Assembly: GCA_036497565.1 (NCBI GenBank)
Contig: DASXJE010000018.1
Span: forward strand, 5,313 to 69,312
Length of the DNA stretch: 64,000 bases
Direction: 5' to 3'
Source: Mycobacteriales bacterium
Lineage (GTDB): Bacteria; Actinomycetota; Actinomycetes; Mycobacteriales; QHCD01
Under the pieces are notes generated by a model. It ran no database searches. It had not been told where the DNA came from and worked only from the letters and a program-made list of their open reading frames with translations. The position numbers were made by a program, and so were the translations under genes. Shown piece by piece: positions 32,768 through 47,846 of this stretch; position 1 is the first letter of the stretch; every line of letters starts with the position of its first letter.

Positions 32768-33664
32768 CTAGAGCACCAGACCGATGGTCAGCAGGATGCC
32801 GAACGCCAGCTCCAGCTGGCCGGTCGCGACCAGTGTCGCGACCAGATCCCGACCGGTGTCACCGCGCATGACCCGGCGCACCGGATTCACCGCGACAGGT
32901 ATCGCGAGCAGGCCGACCGCCGCCCACGGGTGGAGCACCGCCGCGGCGATGACGAAGCCGAAGGCGACGACGATGCACGCGACGTATCCGATCCGGGTAC
33001 GCCGGTCGCCGAGCAGCACGGCCAGCGTGCGTTTGCCGACCTCCCGGTCGCGGGGGATGTCCCGGAGGTTGTTGGCGACCAGAACGGCCACCGCCAGGAG
33101 GCCGCACGGTACGGCGCAGACCACGGCGAGCGCGCTCACGTGCGGCGGTGTGGACGCGACGTACGCCGTGCCGACGACGGCGACCAGACCGAAGAAAACG
33201 AACACCGCGAGATCGCCGAGCCCGCGGTAGCCGTAGGGCCGGGAGCCGCCGGTGTAGAACCAGGCCGCGGCGATGCTGGCCGCCCCGACCAGGACCAGCC
33301 ACCACGACGTGACCGCGGCCAGGGTCAGGCCGACCCCGCCGGCGACGGCGAAGGACACCAGCGCGCCGGCGAGCACCCGTCGCGGTGACGCGAGGCCGGA
33401 GGCGGTCAGCCGCACCGGGCCGACCCGGTCGGTGTCGGTGCCGCGGATCCCGTCGCTGTAGTCATTGGAGTAGTTGACCCCGATCTGCAGGGCGAGCGAC
33501 ACGACCAGCGCGGCCGCGGCGCGCCACCAGGCCAACGGGCCGGCCGTCGCGGCCACGCCGCTGCCGACCAGCACCGGGACCACCGAGGCCGGCAACGTGC
33601 GGGGCCGGGCACCGGCCACCCACGCGGCGATGCCGGACGGCAGCGGCGAGGAGGTGCTACTCAT
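32768..33664 (-). CDS. menA: 1,4-dihydroxy-2-naphthoate polyprenyltransferase
   Basis: [32 protein letters not shown] and GKRTLAV motifs. Confidence 0.93.
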   Translation of the reverse strand: MSSTSSPLPSGIAAWVAGARPRTLPASVVPVLVGSGVAATAGPLAWWRAAAALVVSLALQIGVNYSNDYSDGIRGTDTDRVGPVRLTASGLASPRRVLAGALVSFAVAGGVGLTLAAVTSWWLVLVGAASIAAAWFYTGGSRPYGYRGLGDLAVFVFFGLVAVVGTAYVASTPPHVSALAVVCAVPCGLLAVAVLVANNLRDIPRDREVGKRTLAVLLGDRRTRIGYVACIVVAFGFVIAAAVLHPWAAVGLLAIPVAVNPVRRVMRGDTGRDLVATLVATGQLELAFGILLTIGLVL

Positions 33665-33745
33665 GGTTCCTATCCTGCCTGGCCGCTCCGGGCCGCGCTG
33701 CCGTGGGTGAAAGGTCGTCGTCGGGCCCGCCGTAGACTCGGGCCC

Positions 33746-34054
33746 ATGCCCGACCCCGCAGGCATCACCCGTGACGAGGTGGCCAACCTCGCCCGGCTCG
33801 CCCGGCTCGCCGTCACCGACGAGGAGCTGGACGTCTTCGCCGGCCAGCTCGACGTGATCCTCGGGGCGGTCGCCCGGGTCGGCGAGGTCGCCGCCGCCGA
33901 CATACCCCCGACGTCGCACGTCGTGCCGTTGACCAACGTCGCGCGACCCGACGTCGTCACGCCGTCGCTCCCGCGCGACGCCGTCCTCGCGGCCGCGCCG
34001 GCGGTCGAGGACCACCGCTTCCGGGTGCCGCGCATCCTCGACGAGGAAGGCTGA
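33746..34054 (+). CDS. gatC: Asp/Glu-tRNA amidotransferase subunit C
   Basis: [15 protein letters not shown] and FRVPRIL motifs. Start 7 nt after TAGACT. Confidence 0.93.
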   Translation: MPDPAGITRDEVANLARLARLAVTDEELDVFAGQLDVILGAVARVGEVAAADIPPTSHVVPLTNVARPDVVTPSLPRDAVLAAAPAVEDHRFRVPRILDEEG

Positions 34055-34059
34055 CCCGG

Positions 34060-35556
34060 GTGCCCGACCTGATCCGAGCCACCGCGGCCGAGACCGCCGC
34101 CGCGATCGCGAGCGGCGACGTGTCCGCCGTCGAGGTCGCCCAAGGCCACCTCGACCGGATCTCGGTGGTCGACGATCGGGTGCACGCCTTCCTGCACGTC
34201 GACGCCGACGGCGCGCTCGCCGCCGCCAAGATCGTCGACGAGCGGCGTGCGGCCGGTGAGTCGGCCGGACCGCTGGCCGGCGTACCGCTCGCACTCAAGG
34301 ACGTGATCGTCACCGCCGGGCTGCCCACGACCTGCGGGTCGCGCATCCTCGACGGCTGGATCCCGCCGTACGACGCCACGATCACGACCAAGCTCCGCGC
34401 CGCGGGCGTCGTCGTGCTCGGCAAGTCCAACATGGACGAGTTCGCGATGGGCTCCTCGACGGAGAACTCCGCGTTCGGGCCGAGCCACAACCCGTGGGAC
34501 CTGGCCCGCGTGCCGGGCGGCTCCTCGGGCGGCTCGTCCGCGGCGGTCGCCGCCTACGAAGCACCGTTGGGCATCGGCACCGACACCGGCGGTTCGATCC
34601 GGCAGCCGGCCGCGGTCTGCGGCCTGGTCGGACACAAGCCGACCTACGGCGGGGTGTCCCGCTACGGCCTGGTGGCCTTCTCCAGCAGCCTCGACCAGGC
34701 CGGCCCGCTCGCCCGCACGGTCCTCGACGCCGCGCTGCTGCACGAGGTGATCGGCGGTCACGACCCGGCCGACTCCACCAGCATCGACGCCCCGCTTCCG
34801 GCGCTGGCCGACGCCGCCCGGCGCGGTGCGGCCGGCGACCTGTCCGGCGTCCGGGTCGGCGTCGTCACCGAGCTCGGCGGCGACGGCTACCAGCCGGCCG
34901 TCACCCAGCGGTTCACCGAGGCGGTGGCGGTGCTCGAGTCGCTCGGCGCCTCGGTCCGCGAGGTGTCCTGCCCGCACTTCGGCTACGGCCTTCCGGCCTA
35001 CTACCTGATCGCGCCCAGCGAGGCATCGTCCAACCTGGCCCGCTTCGACGGGGTGCGCTACGGCCTGCGGGTCGGCGACGACGGGCAGGCGAGCCTCGAA
35101 GAGGTCATGTCGATGACCCGCGACGCGGGCTTCGGTGCGGAGGTCAAGCGCCGGATCATCCTCGGCACCTACGCGCTCTCCGCCGGCTACTACGACGCCT
35201 ACTACGGCCAGGCGCAGAAGGTCCGCACCCTCATCAGCCGTGACTTCGACGCCGCCTTCGAGGACTGCGACGTGCTCGTGTCGCCGACGACGCCGACGGT
35301 GGCGTTCCCGATCGGTGAGCGGATCGACGACCCGATGGCCATGTACGCCGCCGACCTCGCCACCCTGCCGGCGTCGCTGGCCGGCGTACCGGCGATCTCC
35401 GTCCCCTGCGGCCGGTCCGAGGGCCTGCCGGTGGGACTGCAGATCATGGCGCCGGCGCAGGCCGACGACCGGTGCTACTTCGTCGGGGCCGCGTTCGAGA
35501 CCGCGGCCGACGCCACCCGCGGCCACCCCCTGCTCGACGAGGCGCCCGCACTGTGA
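34060..35556 (+). CDS. gatA: Asp/Glu-tRNA amidotransferase subunit A
   Basis: Amidase signature GGSSGGS and [11 protein letters not shown]. Confidence 0.96.
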   Translation: MPDLIRATAAETAAAIASGDVSAVEVAQGHLDRISVVDDRVHAFLHVDADGALAAAKIVDERRAAGESAGPLAGVPLALKDVIVTAGLPTTCGSRILDGWIPPYDATITTKLRAAGVVVLGKSNMDEFAMGSSTENSAFGPSHNPWDLARVPGGSSGGSSAAVAAYEAPLGIGTDTGGSIRQPAAVCGLVGHKPTYGGVSRYGLVAFSSSLDQAGPLARTVLDAALLHEVIGGHDPADSTSIDAPLPALADAARRGAAGDLSGVRVGVVTELGGDGYQPAVTQRFTEAVAVLESLGASVREVSCPHFGYGLPAYYLIAPSEASSNLARFDGVRYGLRVGDDGQASLEEVMSMTRDAGFGAEVKRRIILGTYALSAGYYDAYYGQAQKVRTLISRDFDAAFEDCDVLVSPTTPTVAFPIGERIDDPMAMYAADLATLPASLAGVPAISVPCGRSEGLPVGLQIMAPAQADDRCYFVGAAFETAADATRGHPLLDEAPAL

Positions 35557-35780
35557 GCGCGATGCCGGAGAACGGGCCCCGGGGCAAGCGCCCGACGCGT
35601 CTGGTCAGTGCGCGCGAAGTCACCCTCGTGATCTTCATCATGGGCTTCCTCGTCTCGGTCGGTGTCGGCGTCATCCTGTCCTCCGCCGAGGCCGCGACCT
35701 CCGCCCTCGTCGTCACCGTCGTCGTCTGCGCTGCGGTCTTCGCCGTCGTGTCGCTGACCCGGGCCCGGAAGGCGTCATGA
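35553..35780 (+). CDS. Small hypothetical membrane protein (2 TM) inside gatCAB
   Basis: Two hydrophobic stretches. GTGA overlap with gatA and ATGA overlap with gatB; alternative start 35562. Confidence 0.65.
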   Translation: MSAMPENGPRGKRPTRLVSAREVTLVIFIMGFLVSVGVGVILSSAEAATSALVVTVVVCAAVFAVVSLTRARKAS

Positions 35781-37276
35781 CTCTCACCCTCCCGACGTAC
35801 GACGACGTCAACGCCCGCTACGAGCCGGTGATCGGGCTGGAGACGCACGTCGAACTGGGCACCGCATCGAAGATGTTCTGCGGCTGCTCGACGACGTTCG
35901 GCGCCGAGCCCAACACCCAGACCTGCCCGGTCTGCCTCGGGCTGCCGGGCAGCCTGCCGGTGATCAACGCCACGGCGGTCGACTACGCCATGCGCATCGG
36001 GCTGGCGCTGCACTGCTCGGTCGCGACGTGGTGCCGGTTCGCCCGGAAGAACTACTTCTACCCCGACATGCCGAAGAACTACCAGATCAGCCAGTACGAC
36101 GAGCCGCTGTGCACCGACGGGTGGGTCGACGTCGACGTCGAGGGAACGACCTACCGCATCGGGATCGAGCGGGTGCACATGGAGGAGGACACCGGCAAGT
36201 CGCTGCACGTCGGCGGCGCGACCGGGCGGATCCACGGCGCGACGCACTCCCTCGTCGACTACAACCGGGCCGGCATCCCGCTCGTCGAGATCGTCACCAA
36301 GCCGATACCCGACATCGGTGACCATGCTCCGCAGGTCGCCCGCACCTACGTCACCGAGCTGCGCGACATCCTGCGCTCCCTCGACGTCTCCGACGTCCGC
36401 ATGGAGCAGGGCAGCCTGCGCTGTGACGTCAACACCTCTCTTGCGGCGCGCGGGGCGGAGTGGGGCACCCGGACCGAGACGAAGAACGTCAACTCGCTGC
36501 GCTCGGTCGAGCGCGCGGTGCGGTTCGAGATGCTCCGCCAGGCGGCGGTCCTCGACGCGGGCGAGCGGATCGTCCAGGAGACCCGGCACTTCCACGAAGA
36601 GAGCGGGGAGACGACCTCCGGCCGGAGCAAGGAGGAGGCCACGGACTACCGCTATCTGCCGGAGCCCGACCTCGTGCCGCTGGCCCCCGATCCGGCTGTG
36701 GTGGAGAAGATCCGCGCTGAGCTGCCGGAGCTCCCGGCCACTCTGCGGGCCCGGCTCGGCGCCGAGCTCGGCGCGACGCCGGAGCACATGCAGGCGATGG
36801 CCAACGCCGGCGTCGTCGACCTCGTCGCCGCGACCGTGACCGCGGGCGCGTCGATCGACGACGCGCGCAACTGGTGGCTGGGCTATCTCGCGCAGAAGGC
36901 CAACGCCACCGAGATCGAACCGGCGGAGCTGACCATCACGCCCGACCAGGTCGCCCGGGTGATCGAGCTGATCTCCGACGGGTCGCTGTCCACCGGGCTG
37001 GCCCGCCAGGTCGTCGACGGGGTGCTCGAGACCGGCCGTGACCCCGACGAGGTGGTCATCGAGCGCGGACTACGCCGGGTCACCGACACCGACGCGCTCG
37101 GCGCCGCGGTCGACGCGGCCATCGCGGGCCAGCCCGACGTCGCGGACAAGATCCGCGGCGGCAAGGTCGCGGCCGCCGGCGCGCTCGTCGGAGCGGTGAT
37201 GAAGGCCACCCGCGGGCAGGCCGACGCCACCGTCGTACGCCAGCTGATCCTCACCCGGCTCGGCGTCGACGCCTGA
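35777..37276 (+). CDS. gatB: Asp/Glu-tRNA amidotransferase subunit B
   Basis: [31 protein letters not shown] and [10 protein letters not shown] motifs. Confidence 0.97.
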   Translation: MTLTLPTYDDVNARYEPVIGLETHVELGTASKMFCGCSTTFGAEPNTQTCPVCLGLPGSLPVINATAVDYAMRIGLALHCSVATWCRFARKNYFYPDMPKNYQISQYDEPLCTDGWVDVDVEGTTYRIGIERVHMEEDTGKSLHVGGATGRIHGATHSLVDYNRAGIPLVEIVTKPIPDIGDHAPQVARTYVTELRDILRSLDVSDVRMEQGSLRCDVNTSLAARGAEWGTRTETKNVNSLRSVERAVRFEMLRQAAVLDAGERIVQETRHFHEESGETTSGRSKEEATDYRYLPEPDLVPLAPDPAVVEKIRAELPELPATLRARLGAELGATPEHMQAMANAGVVDLVAATVTAGASIDDARNWWLGYLAQKANATEIEPAELTITPDQVARVIELISDGSLSTGLARQVVDGVLETGRDPDEVVIERGLRRVTDTDALGAAVDAAIAGQPDVADKIRGGKVAAAGALVGAVMKATRGQADATVVRQLILTRLGVDA

Positions 37277-37297
37277 CGTCGCGTCCGCCGGGTCGGA

Positions 37298-40420
<3,123 letters not shown>

Positions 40421-40468
40421 TCACCGTAGTCGACGGGCGTGCGAGGGAAAACCTCCGGCCGGTCCCGG

Positions 40469-41698
40469 TTAGAGCGGCGACATGGTCGTTCCCGACGGCG
40501 GCAGGATGCGCAGTACGCGGTCGTCGAGAGCGGTCGGGTGGCCGTGTCCGTCGCGGTTGGACGTGGTCACCCACAGCGCCCCGTCCGGCGCCGCCACGAC
40601 GCTCCGCAGCCGCCCGTACACGCGGGTGAGCAGGCTGCGGGCGGCGCCGGCCGGTCGTCCGGCCGTGTTGAGCGGCACGCTCAGCAGTCGCTGGCCGGTG
40701 AGTGCACCGACGAAGAGGCCGTAGCCGAGCACCGCGCAACCACCCGGCGAGGCCTCGGCGGGGGTGAGGGTGACGAGTGGGTCGACCAGCCCGCGGCGGC
40801 GGGCCGAACCCTCCGCCCGCGGCCAGCCGTAGTCCTTGCCGGGCCGGACGAGGTCGACCTCATCGGCCCGACGGCTGGCCGCGTCGGTCGCATACAGCTC
40901 CTTGCGCTGGTTCCAGCACAGTCCCAGCACATCGTGGAAGCCGGATGCGAAGACGGGGGAGCCGGGGACCGGGTTGCCCGGCGCGGGCTTGCCGAAGACG
41001 GTGATCCGCAGGACCTTGCCGGCGAGGCTGTGCCGGTCGCCCGCGAGCGCCGGGTGACCGGCGTCACCGGTGCCGACGTAGAGGTCGCCGTCGGGGCCGA
41101 AGGCGATGCGTCCGCCGTCGTCGCCGGGTCCCCGGGGGATCCCGGTGAATATCGGGGTCGGGGTGCCGCCGAGGGTGAACCGGACGATGCGGTCGTCGCG
41201 GGCGGTGCTGATGTAGGCGTAGACCAGTGCGTCCTCCTGGTAGGCCGGTGAGATCGCGATGCCGAGCAGGCCGCCGTCGCCCCGGGTGTCCAGATGATGG
41301 ATCGCCATGACCTCGTGGACCGGCTCCGGGTTGGGCTGCACCTGCAGAATCCGGCCGGTGTCCCGCTCCCCGACGAGGGCGGAGCCGTCGGGGAGTAGTG
41401 CGAGACCCCACGGCGCGGCCAGTCCCTGGGCGATCACGTTGGGGTCGCCCTTCCCGCCGGACCGGCCCGGTGGCAGCCCGGGGTTGCCCGGGTTGGGGTT
41501 ACCCGGTTGCCCGGGCGTCTGGCCGGGCACCTGCGGGTCGACCGCCGGGGGTGGGCCGGTCACCTGCGAGGACCAGGTGCGCGACGCCGAAGGATGCCCG
41601 CCGAACAGCCCACATCCCGCGAGAAGCGCGACACAGGCGGCCACCGCCAGCGATCGGACAGCGAGACGTCGGCCCTCGGGTGCGCCCCCGGCCCTCAT
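40469..41698 (-). CDS. Glucose/sorbosone (PQQ-dependent sugar) dehydrogenase family lipoprotein
   Basis: Lipobox LLAGC, PWGLALLPDG, GGLLGIA, GRIAFGPDG and GRLRSV motifs. Confidence 0.85.
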   Translation of the reverse strand: MRAGGAPEGRRLAVRSLAVAACVALLAGCGLFGGHPSASRTWSSQVTGPPPAVDPQVPGQTPGQPGNPNPGNPGLPPGRSGGKGDPNVIAQGLAAPWGLALLPDGSALVGERDTGRILQVQPNPEPVHEVMAIHHLDTRGDGGLLGIAISPAYQEDALVYAYISTARDDRIVRFTLGGTPTPIFTGIPRGPGDDGGRIAFGPDGDLYVGTGDAGHPALAGDRHSLAGKVLRITVFGKPAPGNPVPGSPVFASGFHDVLGLCWNQRKELYATDAASRRADEVDLVRPGKDYGWPRAEGSARRRGLVDPLVTLTPAEASPGGCAVLGYGLFVGALTGQRLLSVPLNTAGRPAGAARSLLTRVYGRLRSVVAAPDGALWVTTSNRDGHGHPTALDDRVLRILPPSGTTMSPL

Positions 41699-41894
41699 CG
41701 GACCACGCCCATGTCGTGTCCCCCGACCTTGCCGCGGCGCGGTTCCGTCGTCCCCGCAGCTCACACGCGCCCGCGGCCCCAGGGTACGGCCCGGCGGTGA
41801 CCCGCACGGGGTTATCCACCGGCCGGGACCGGCACCGGTCACGGGGCGGTGGTCGGCCGATCGACCGCTCGGCGCGGACGGTAGTTTTTCCGGC

Positions 41895-42815
41895 ATGGCG
41901 ACCCGATACGTGCTCCTCCCCACCGACGACGGCCGCGAGCTGATCGGCACCGTGCCCGCGGAGGTCGAGGTCGGGGTCTGGAACGGGACGGGTGACCTGC
42001 CGGAGGCCGCCCGGGCCACCGGGTTCTGGGTGCCGCCGTTCCTGAGCGGCTCGCAGCTGTCCAGTGCGGTGACCCAGATGTCCGACCTGCAGGTGGTGCA
42101 ACTGCTGTCCGCCGGCGCCGACGCCTACGTCGGACGAATCCCCGAGCACGTCATGCTGTGCGACGCGCGTGGTGTGCACACCAGCTCCACGTCGGAGTGG
42201 GTCCTCGCCGTACTGCTCGCCGCGCTGCGCGACATTCCCCGGTTCGTGCGCGCGCAGGAGGCGCACAAGTGGGATCAGAGCCGGACCGACGAATTGGCCG
42301 GCAAGCGGGCGCTGATCGTCGGCGCCGGCGCGATCGGCGACGGCATTCGGTCGCGGCTGCTGCCGTTCGATGTGGACGTGACGATGGTGGCCCGCACCCC
42401 GCGCGACGGGGTGCACTCGGTCGACGAGCTGCCGACACTGCTGCCCGACGCCGACATCGTCGTCGTCATCGTCCCGCTCACCGACGCCACCCGGGGACTC
42501 GCCGACGCGAAGTTCTTCGCCGCGATGCAGGACGGAGCACTGTTCATCAACGGCGCGCGGGGACCGGTCGCCGACACCGAGGCGCTGGCCGCCGAGGTGC
42601 TCTCCGGCCGGTTGCGGGCAGCCCTCGACGTCACCGACCCGGAGCCGTTGCCGGCCGAACACCCCCTGTGGGACGCCGAAGGGCTGCTGCTCACCCCGCA
42701 CGTCGGCGGCGCCGTCCCCGGCTTTCCGCGCCGGGCGTTCGGGCTCGTGGGCGAGCAGATCCGGCGGTGGGCCGCCGGTGAGCCGCTGATCAACGCCGTC
42801 GTCGACGGCTACTGA
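41895..42815 (+). CDS. D-isomer-specific 2-hydroxyacid dehydrogenase
   Basis: GAGAIG, NGARG, ALDVTDPEPL and TPHVGG motifs. Confidence 0.9.
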   Translation: MATRYVLLPTDDGRELIGTVPAEVEVGVWNGTGDLPEAARATGFWVPPFLSGSQLSSAVTQMSDLQVVQLLSAGADAYVGRIPEHVMLCDARGVHTSSTSEWVLAVLLAALRDIPRFVRAQEAHKWDQSRTDELAGKRALIVGAGAIGDGIRSRLLPFDVDVTMVARTPRDGVHSVDELPTLLPDADIVVVIVPLTDATRGLADAKFFAAMQDGALFINGARGPVADTEALAAEVLSGRLRAALDVTDPEPLPAEHPLWDAEGLLLTPHVGGAVPGFPRRAFGLVGEQIRRWAAGEPLINAVVDGY

Positions 42816-42838
42816 GTCGAGAGTTACTGGGCCGACGG

Positions 42839-43267
42839 CTACTGGGCCGGCGGCGATCCCCGCGACGGCTGCTCCTGTTTGTCGCCTGCCCGCGCCGTGA
42901 CGTCGGGCACCCGCCCGCCGCTCACCAGGGCGATCGCCGGGAGGTCGCGGGCCCGCACGAGCGGCATCCGAAGTAGCTGCCCGTCGGAGAGCACGAGCCG
43001 GACCTTGCGGGCGCCGTTCATCGACAACCCGCGGACCCCGTCCCAGCCGACCCTGCGGACCCCGAGCAGCGCGCGCACCGTGACGCCGTCGGAGTCGACA
43101 TCGGTGCCGACCCGGTAGATCCACAGCACCGCGAGAGCGGGAGCGAGGTAGAGGACGAGCAGCCACGACCGGACGAACGCCAGCGGAGTCACGCCGAAGA
43201 CCAGGAAGAGGACCGCGAGCAGCGCCGTGCGGTTGGTGCGCAGCCGCAGTACGCCGGGCGAGGTCAC
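42839..43267 (-). CDS. Bacterial PH-domain membrane protein
   Basis: Two TM segments, then GTDVDSDGVTVRALLG...VGWDGVRG. Confidence 0.7.
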   Translation of the reverse strand: MTSPGVLRLRTNRTALLAVLFLVFGVTPLAFVRSWLLVLYLAPALAVLWIYRVGTDVDSDGVTVRALLGVRRVGWDGVRGLSMNGARKVRLVLSDGQLLRMPLVRARDLPAIALVSGGRVPDVTARAGDKQEQPSRGSPPAQ

Positions 43268-43435
43268 CTGCTCATGGTCGCAGCAGGGGGCCGACCGCGG
43301 CGGACCGGGCAGCCCCTGCCTGCCGTGCGGGCCGCTCCGCCCGGGGCACTAGGCTGATCGCACCGCTCTGGCCGCCCGGCTGCCGCCTCGAATCGGAGGT
43401 CCGGCCGCCCTACCCGTCGACTCAAGGAACGCGTC

Positions 43436-45118
43436 GTGCCCCAGCAGCAGCACCGGAAGCCACGCAGTCACGAAGTCACCGACGGCATGCAACGTGCCGG
43501 CGCGCGAGCGATGCTCCGGGCCGTCGGGATGACCGACGACGACTGGGGAAAGCCGCAGGTCGGGGTGGCGTCGTCCTGGAACGAGATCACCCCGTGCAAC
43601 CTGTCGCTCTCCCGGCTCGCCCAGCGGGCGAAGGAGGGTGTCCGGGGTGCCGACGGTTTTCCGATGGAATTCGGCACGATCTCCGTCTCGGACGGCATCT
43701 CGATGGGCCACGAGGGCATGCGTGCCTCCCTCGTCAGCCGCGAGGTGATCGCCGACTCGGTGGAGACCGTCGTCTTCGCCGAGCGGCTCGACGGCATGGT
43801 CCTGCTCGCCGGTTGTGACAAGTCCGAGCCCGGCATGCTGATGGCGGCCGCCCGCCTCGATCTGGCCGCGGTCTTCCTCTACGCCGGCACCACCCTTCCC
43901 GGTCACCTCGACGGCCGGGACCTCACCATCATCGACGCCTTCGAAGGTGTCGGAGCCTGCGCCATGGGCAAGATCACTCGCGAGCAGCTCGACGACATCG
44001 AGCGCCACGCCTGCCCCGGTGAGGGTGCCTGCGGCGGGATGTACACCGCCAACACGATGGCCAGCGCCGCCGAGGCGATGGGGCTGTCCCTGCCGGGCAG
44101 CGCCGCGCCGCCGTCGGCGGACTCCCGACGCGACGTCTACGCCGAGCGCAGCGGCGAGGCGGTCGTCGCGCTGATCGACAACGGAATCACCGCGCGCCAG
44201 ATCCTCACCAAGGAGGCGTTCGAAAACGCGATCACCGTGGTGATGGCGCTCGGCGGCTCGACCAACGCCGTCCTGCACCTGCTCGCGATCGCCCACGAAG
44301 CCGGCGTCCGACTCGACCTGGACGACTTCAACCGGATCGGCGACCGCACCCCGCACCTCGCCGACGTCAAGCCGTTCGGTCGCTACGTGATGAGCGACGT
44401 CGACAGCGTCGGCGGTGTCCCGGTGGTGATGAAGGCACTCCTCGATGCCGGGCTGCTGCACGGCGACTGCCTCACGGTCACCGGACACACGATCGCGGAA
44501 AACCTCGCGGAGATCGCGCCGCCGGACATCGACGGCACGATCATCCGGTCGATGTCCAACCCGATCCACCGCACCGGGGGACTGACCGTGCTGACCGGAT
44601 CGCTCGCTCCGGAGGGCGCGGTGGTCAAGAGTGCCGGCTTCGACAACGACACCTTCGAGGGAACGGCCCGGGTTTTCGACGGCGAAGCGGGCGCGATGGA
44701 CGCCGTCACGCAGGGCACGCTGCGGCCGGGCGATGTGATCGTGATCCGCTACGAAGGCCCCAAGGGTGGACCGGGGATGCGCGAGATGCTGGCCGTCACC
44801 GGCGCGATCAAGGGCGCCGGCCTCGGCAAGGACGTGCTGCTCCTCACCGACGGGCGCTTCTCCGGCGGCACGACCGGGCTGTGCGTCGGGCACGTCGCCC
44901 CCGAGGCCGCCCACTGCGGACCGATCGCGCTGATTCACGAGGGTGACCCGATCAGGCTGGACCTGCCGGCCCGTCGACTCGATCTGCTTGTCGACGACGA
45001 CGAGCTGGCCCGCCGCCGGTCCGAATGGAGCCCGGCCCCGGCGCGGTACCCGACCGGCGTACTCGGGAAGTACGCCAAGCTCGTCGGATCCGCCGCGCAG
45101 GGCGCGGTCTGCGGGTAG
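43436..45118 (+). CDS. ilvD: Dihydroxy-acid dehydratase
   Basis: [28 protein letters not shown] and TDGRFSG motifs. Confidence 0.97.
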   Translation: MPQQQHRKPRSHEVTDGMQRAGARAMLRAVGMTDDDWGKPQVGVASSWNEITPCNLSLSRLAQRAKEGVRGADGFPMEFGTISVSDGISMGHEGMRASLVSREVIADSVETVVFAERLDGMVLLAGCDKSEPGMLMAAARLDLAAVFLYAGTTLPGHLDGRDLTIIDAFEGVGACAMGKITREQLDDIERHACPGEGACGGMYTANTMASAAEAMGLSLPGSAAPPSADSRRDVYAERSGEAVVALIDNGITARQILTKEAFENAITVVMALGGSTNAVLHLLAIAHEAGVRLDLDDFNRIGDRTPHLADVKPFGRYVMSDVDSVGGVPVVMKALLDAGLLHGDCLTVTGHTIAENLAEIAPPDIDGTIIRSMSNPIHRTGGLTVLTGSLAPEGAVVKSAGFDNDTFEGTARVFDGEAGAMDAVTQGTLRPGDVIVIRYEGPKGGPGMREMLAVTGAIKGAGLGKDVLLLTDGRFSGGTTGLCVGHVAPEAAHCGPIALIHEGDPIRLDLPARRLDLLVDDDELARRRSEWSPAPARYPTGVLGKYAKLVGSAAQGAVCG

Positions 45119-45127
45119 GGGACGCGG

Positions 45128-45901
45128 ATGTCGGCCTCCGACGCCCTGGTCACGGGTGCCACCGGCCAGCTCGGGCCAGCACTCGTCGCCGCTCTGCGTG
45201 AGCGGGGCTACGGCGTCCGAGCGCTCTCGCGCCGCCCTGGCACGGATCGGGTGGTGGCCGATCTGTCCACCGGCGGGGGCCTCGCCGAGGCCGTCGACGG
45301 GTGCCGGGTGGTCGTGCACGCCGCCACCGACCAGCACAACACCGAGGCGGTCGACGTCGAGGGCACCGAGCGGCTCGCCGACGCCTGCAAGGCCGCCGGG
45401 GTCGAACACCTCGTCTACGTCTCGATCGTCGGTATCGACCGCAATCCGATCGGCTACTACCGGGCGAAGCTCACCGCCGAGCAGCGGGTGGCGCGCTCCG
45501 GTGTCCCGTACTCGATCGTGCGCGCCTCGCAGTTCCACTCACTCGTCGCGACGATGCTGGGCAAGGCCAGGCGCGGCCCGGTCTGCGTCGTCCCGGCCGG
45601 CTGGGAGATCGAGCCGGTCGCGACGGTCGACGTCGCCCGGCACCTGGCCGACCGGGCGGCCACCGGACCTTCCGGCGCGGTGAGCGAATTCGCCGGCCCG
45701 GAGCGGCTCGGGTTGCGGGGCGTGGCCCGGGTCTGGCTCGCCGCCGGTGGCGGCCGTGCCGCCGTGCTTCCGGTCCCGATCCCGGGCAAGGCCGCCCGGG
45801 CGTTCCGCATGCGCAGCAACATCGCCTCGCCGGATGCGGCCCGCGGACAGGTCACGTGGGCCGACTGGCTGTCCCAGAATGCGGGATTGTCGTCCCGCTG
45901 A
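45128..45901 (+). CDS. NAD(P)H-binding SDR/NmrA-like oxidoreductase
   Basis: [15 protein letters not shown] and RASQFH motifs. Confidence 0.85.
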   Translation: MSASDALVTGATGQLGPALVAALRERGYGVRALSRRPGTDRVVADLSTGGGLAEAVDGCRVVVHAATDQHNTEAVDVEGTERLADACKAAGVEHLVYVSIVGIDRNPIGYYRAKLTAEQRVARSGVPYSIVRASQFHSLVATMLGKARRGPVCVVPAGWEIEPVATVDVARHLADRAATGPSGAVSEFAGPERLGLRGVARVWLAAGGGRAAVLPVPIPGKAARAFRMRSNIASPDAARGQVTWADWLSQNAGLSSR

Positions 45902-45902
45902 G

Positions 45903-45931
45903 TTGACCTCGTATGTCGCCCGACGTACGGT
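45903..45931 (+). promoter_or_regulatory. Housekeeping promoter of the ilvB leader
   Basis: TTGACC-N17-TACGGT, 6 nt before the leader GTG. Confidence 0.75.
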
Positions 45932-45937
45932 TCGTTC

Positions 45938-45967
45938 GTGCTCCGTTGCGTCATCGTACTTAGCTAG
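45938..45967 (+). CDS. ilvL: ilvB attenuator leader peptide MLRCVIVLS
   Basis: Five of nine codons are Leu/Val/Ile; followed by a hairpin and a terminator. Confidence 0.75.
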   Translation: MLRCVIVLS

Positions 45968-46023
45968 CGCGTCGACTCCTGTCGACGCGCTCACCCCTCC
46001 GTGCTTGGCACGAGGGGTTTTTT
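45967..46023 (+). terminator. ilvB attenuator: hairpin plus intrinsic terminator
   Basis: GCGCGTCGAC-TCCT-GTCGACGCGC (45967-45990), then CCCCTCCGTGC-TTG-GCACGAGGGG-TTTTTT (45994-46023). Confidence 0.85.
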
Positions 46024-46055
46024 GTTGCCACCGTCCGTCTTTCGAAGGTCGCCAC

Positions 46056-47846
46056 ATGACAGCCTCGAGCTCTCCGGCACAGTCTCCCCGGCAGGTCACC
46101 GGTGCACAGGCACTCGTCCACTCCCTCGAGTGCCTCGGTGTCGATGTGGCGTTCGGCATCCCGGGTGGCGCCATCCTGCCGGCGTACGACCCGCTCTACG
46201 ACTCCACGAGCGTGCGGCACGTCCTGGTGCGGCACGAGCAGGGGGCCGGGCACGCCGCGACCGGCTATGCCCAGGCCACCGGCCGGGTCGGCGTCTGTAT
46301 CGCCACGTCCGGTCCGGGCGCGACCAACCTGGTGACCCCGATCGCCGACGCCTACATGGACTCGGTGCCGATCGTCGCGATCACCGGGCAGGTCGGCCGG
46401 CCGCAGATCGGCACCGACGCCTTCCAGGAGGCGGACATCTGCGGCATCACCCTGCCGATCACCAAACACAACTTCCTGGTCCAGTCGGCCGACGACATCC
46501 CGCGGATCCTGGCCGAGGCGTTCCACATCGCCTCCTCCGGCCGCCCGGGGCCGGTGCTCGTCGACATCCCGAAGGACGTGCAGCAGGCCCAGACGACGTT
46601 CCGCTGGCCACCGACGATGGACCTGCCCGGTTACCGGCCGGGACTGCGGCCGCACGGCAAGCAGATCCGCGAAGCCGCCCGGCTCATCACGCAGGCGCGC
46701 CAGCCGGTGCTCTACGTCGGCGGCGGCGTGCTCAAGGCCCACGCCGCGGACGAGCTGCGGGCGCTCGCCGAGCTCACCGGAATCCCCGTCGTGACCACGC
46801 TGATGGCTCGCGGAGCGTTCCCGGACAGCCATCCCCAGCACCTGGGCATGCCCGGCATGCACGGCTCGGTGACCGCGGTGACCGCGCTGCAGAAGGCCGA
46901 CCTGCTCATCACCCTCGGCGCCCGCTTCGACGACCGCGTCACCGGAAAGCTCTCGACCTTCGCCCCGGACGCCGCGGTCATCCACGCCGACATCGACCCG
47001 GCCGAGATCTCCAAGAACCGCACGGCCGACGTGCCGATCGTGGGGGACTGCAAGGACGTGCTCGAGGCGCTGGTGCCGGCCGTGCAGGCCGAACGCGAAG
47101 CCACGCCGTCCGCCGACCTGTCCGCCTGGTGGGCGCAGATCGACAACTGGCGGGGCACCTACCCGCTCGGCTACGAGTGGCCCGCGGACGGTGAGCTGGC
47201 CCCGCAGTACGTCATCGACCGGCTCGGGAAGCTGGCCGGGCCGGACGCGGTCTATGTCGCCGGCGTCGGCCAGCACCAGATGTGGGCGGCCCAGTTCATC
47301 TCCTACGAGAACCCCTACACCTGGCTCAACTCCGGCGGTCTCGGAACGATGGGTTACGCCGTGCCGGCCGCGATGGGCGCCAAGATGGGACGTCCGGACG
47401 CGATGGTGTGGGCGATCGACGGCGACGGCTGCTTCCAGATGACCAACCAGGAGCTCGCCACCTGCGCCATCGAGGGCATCCCGATCAAGGTCGCCCTGAT
47501 CAACAACGGCAACCTCGGCATGGTCCGCCAGTGGCAGGCACTCTTCTACGAGGAGCGCTACTCCCACACCCGGCTCGGCACGATCGGACACGCGGACAAC
47601 ACCGTGCGGGTGCCCGACTTCGTCAAGCTCGCCGAGGCGATGGGCTGCGTGGGACTGCGGTGTGAGCGCGGCGAGGACGTCGACGCGACGATCGACAAGG
47701 CGATGGGCATCAACGACATGCCGGTCGTCTGCGAGTTCGTGGTCGGTCAGGACGCACAGGTCTGGCCGATGGTGCCGTCGGGTACGAGCAATGACGAGAT
47801 CCTGGCGGCCCGCGACGTGCGGCCCGCATTCGACGAGGTGATGTAG
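46056..47846 (+). CDS. ilvB: Acetolactate synthase large subunit
   Basis: [26 protein letters not shown] and the ThDP motif [10 protein letters not shown]. Confidence 0.97.
   Translation: MTASSSPAQSPRQVTGAQALVHSLECLGVDVAFGIPGGAILPAYDPLYDSTSVRHVLVRHEQGAGHAATGYAQATGRVGVCIATSGPGATNLVTPIADAYMDSVPIVAITGQVGRPQIGTDAFQEADICGITLPITKHNFLVQSADDIPRILAEAFHIASSGRPGPVLVDIPKDVQQAQTTFRWPPTMDLPGYRPGLRPHGKQIREAARLITQARQPVLYVGGGVLKAHAADELRALAELTGIPVVTTLMARGAFPDSHPQHLGMPGMHGSVTAVTALQKADLLITLGARFDDRVTGKLSTFAPDAAVIHADIDPAEISKNRTADVPIVGDCKDVLEALVPAVQAEREATPSADLSAWWAQIDNWRGTYPLGYEWPADGELAPQYVIDRLGKLAGPDAVYVAGVGQHQMWAAQFISYENPYTWLNSGGLGTMGYAVPAAMGAKMGRPDAMVWAIDGDGCFQMTNQELATCAIEGIPIKVALINNGNLGMVRQWQALFYEERYSHTRLGTIGHADNTVRVPDFVKLAEAMGCVGLRCERGEDVDATIDKAMGINDMPVVCEFVVGQDAQVWPMVPSGTSNDEILAARDVRPAFDEVM

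Noticed and set aside
41812-41820. DnaA box (TTATCCACC)
   Set aside because: A single copy with one mismatch and no cluster or origin context.
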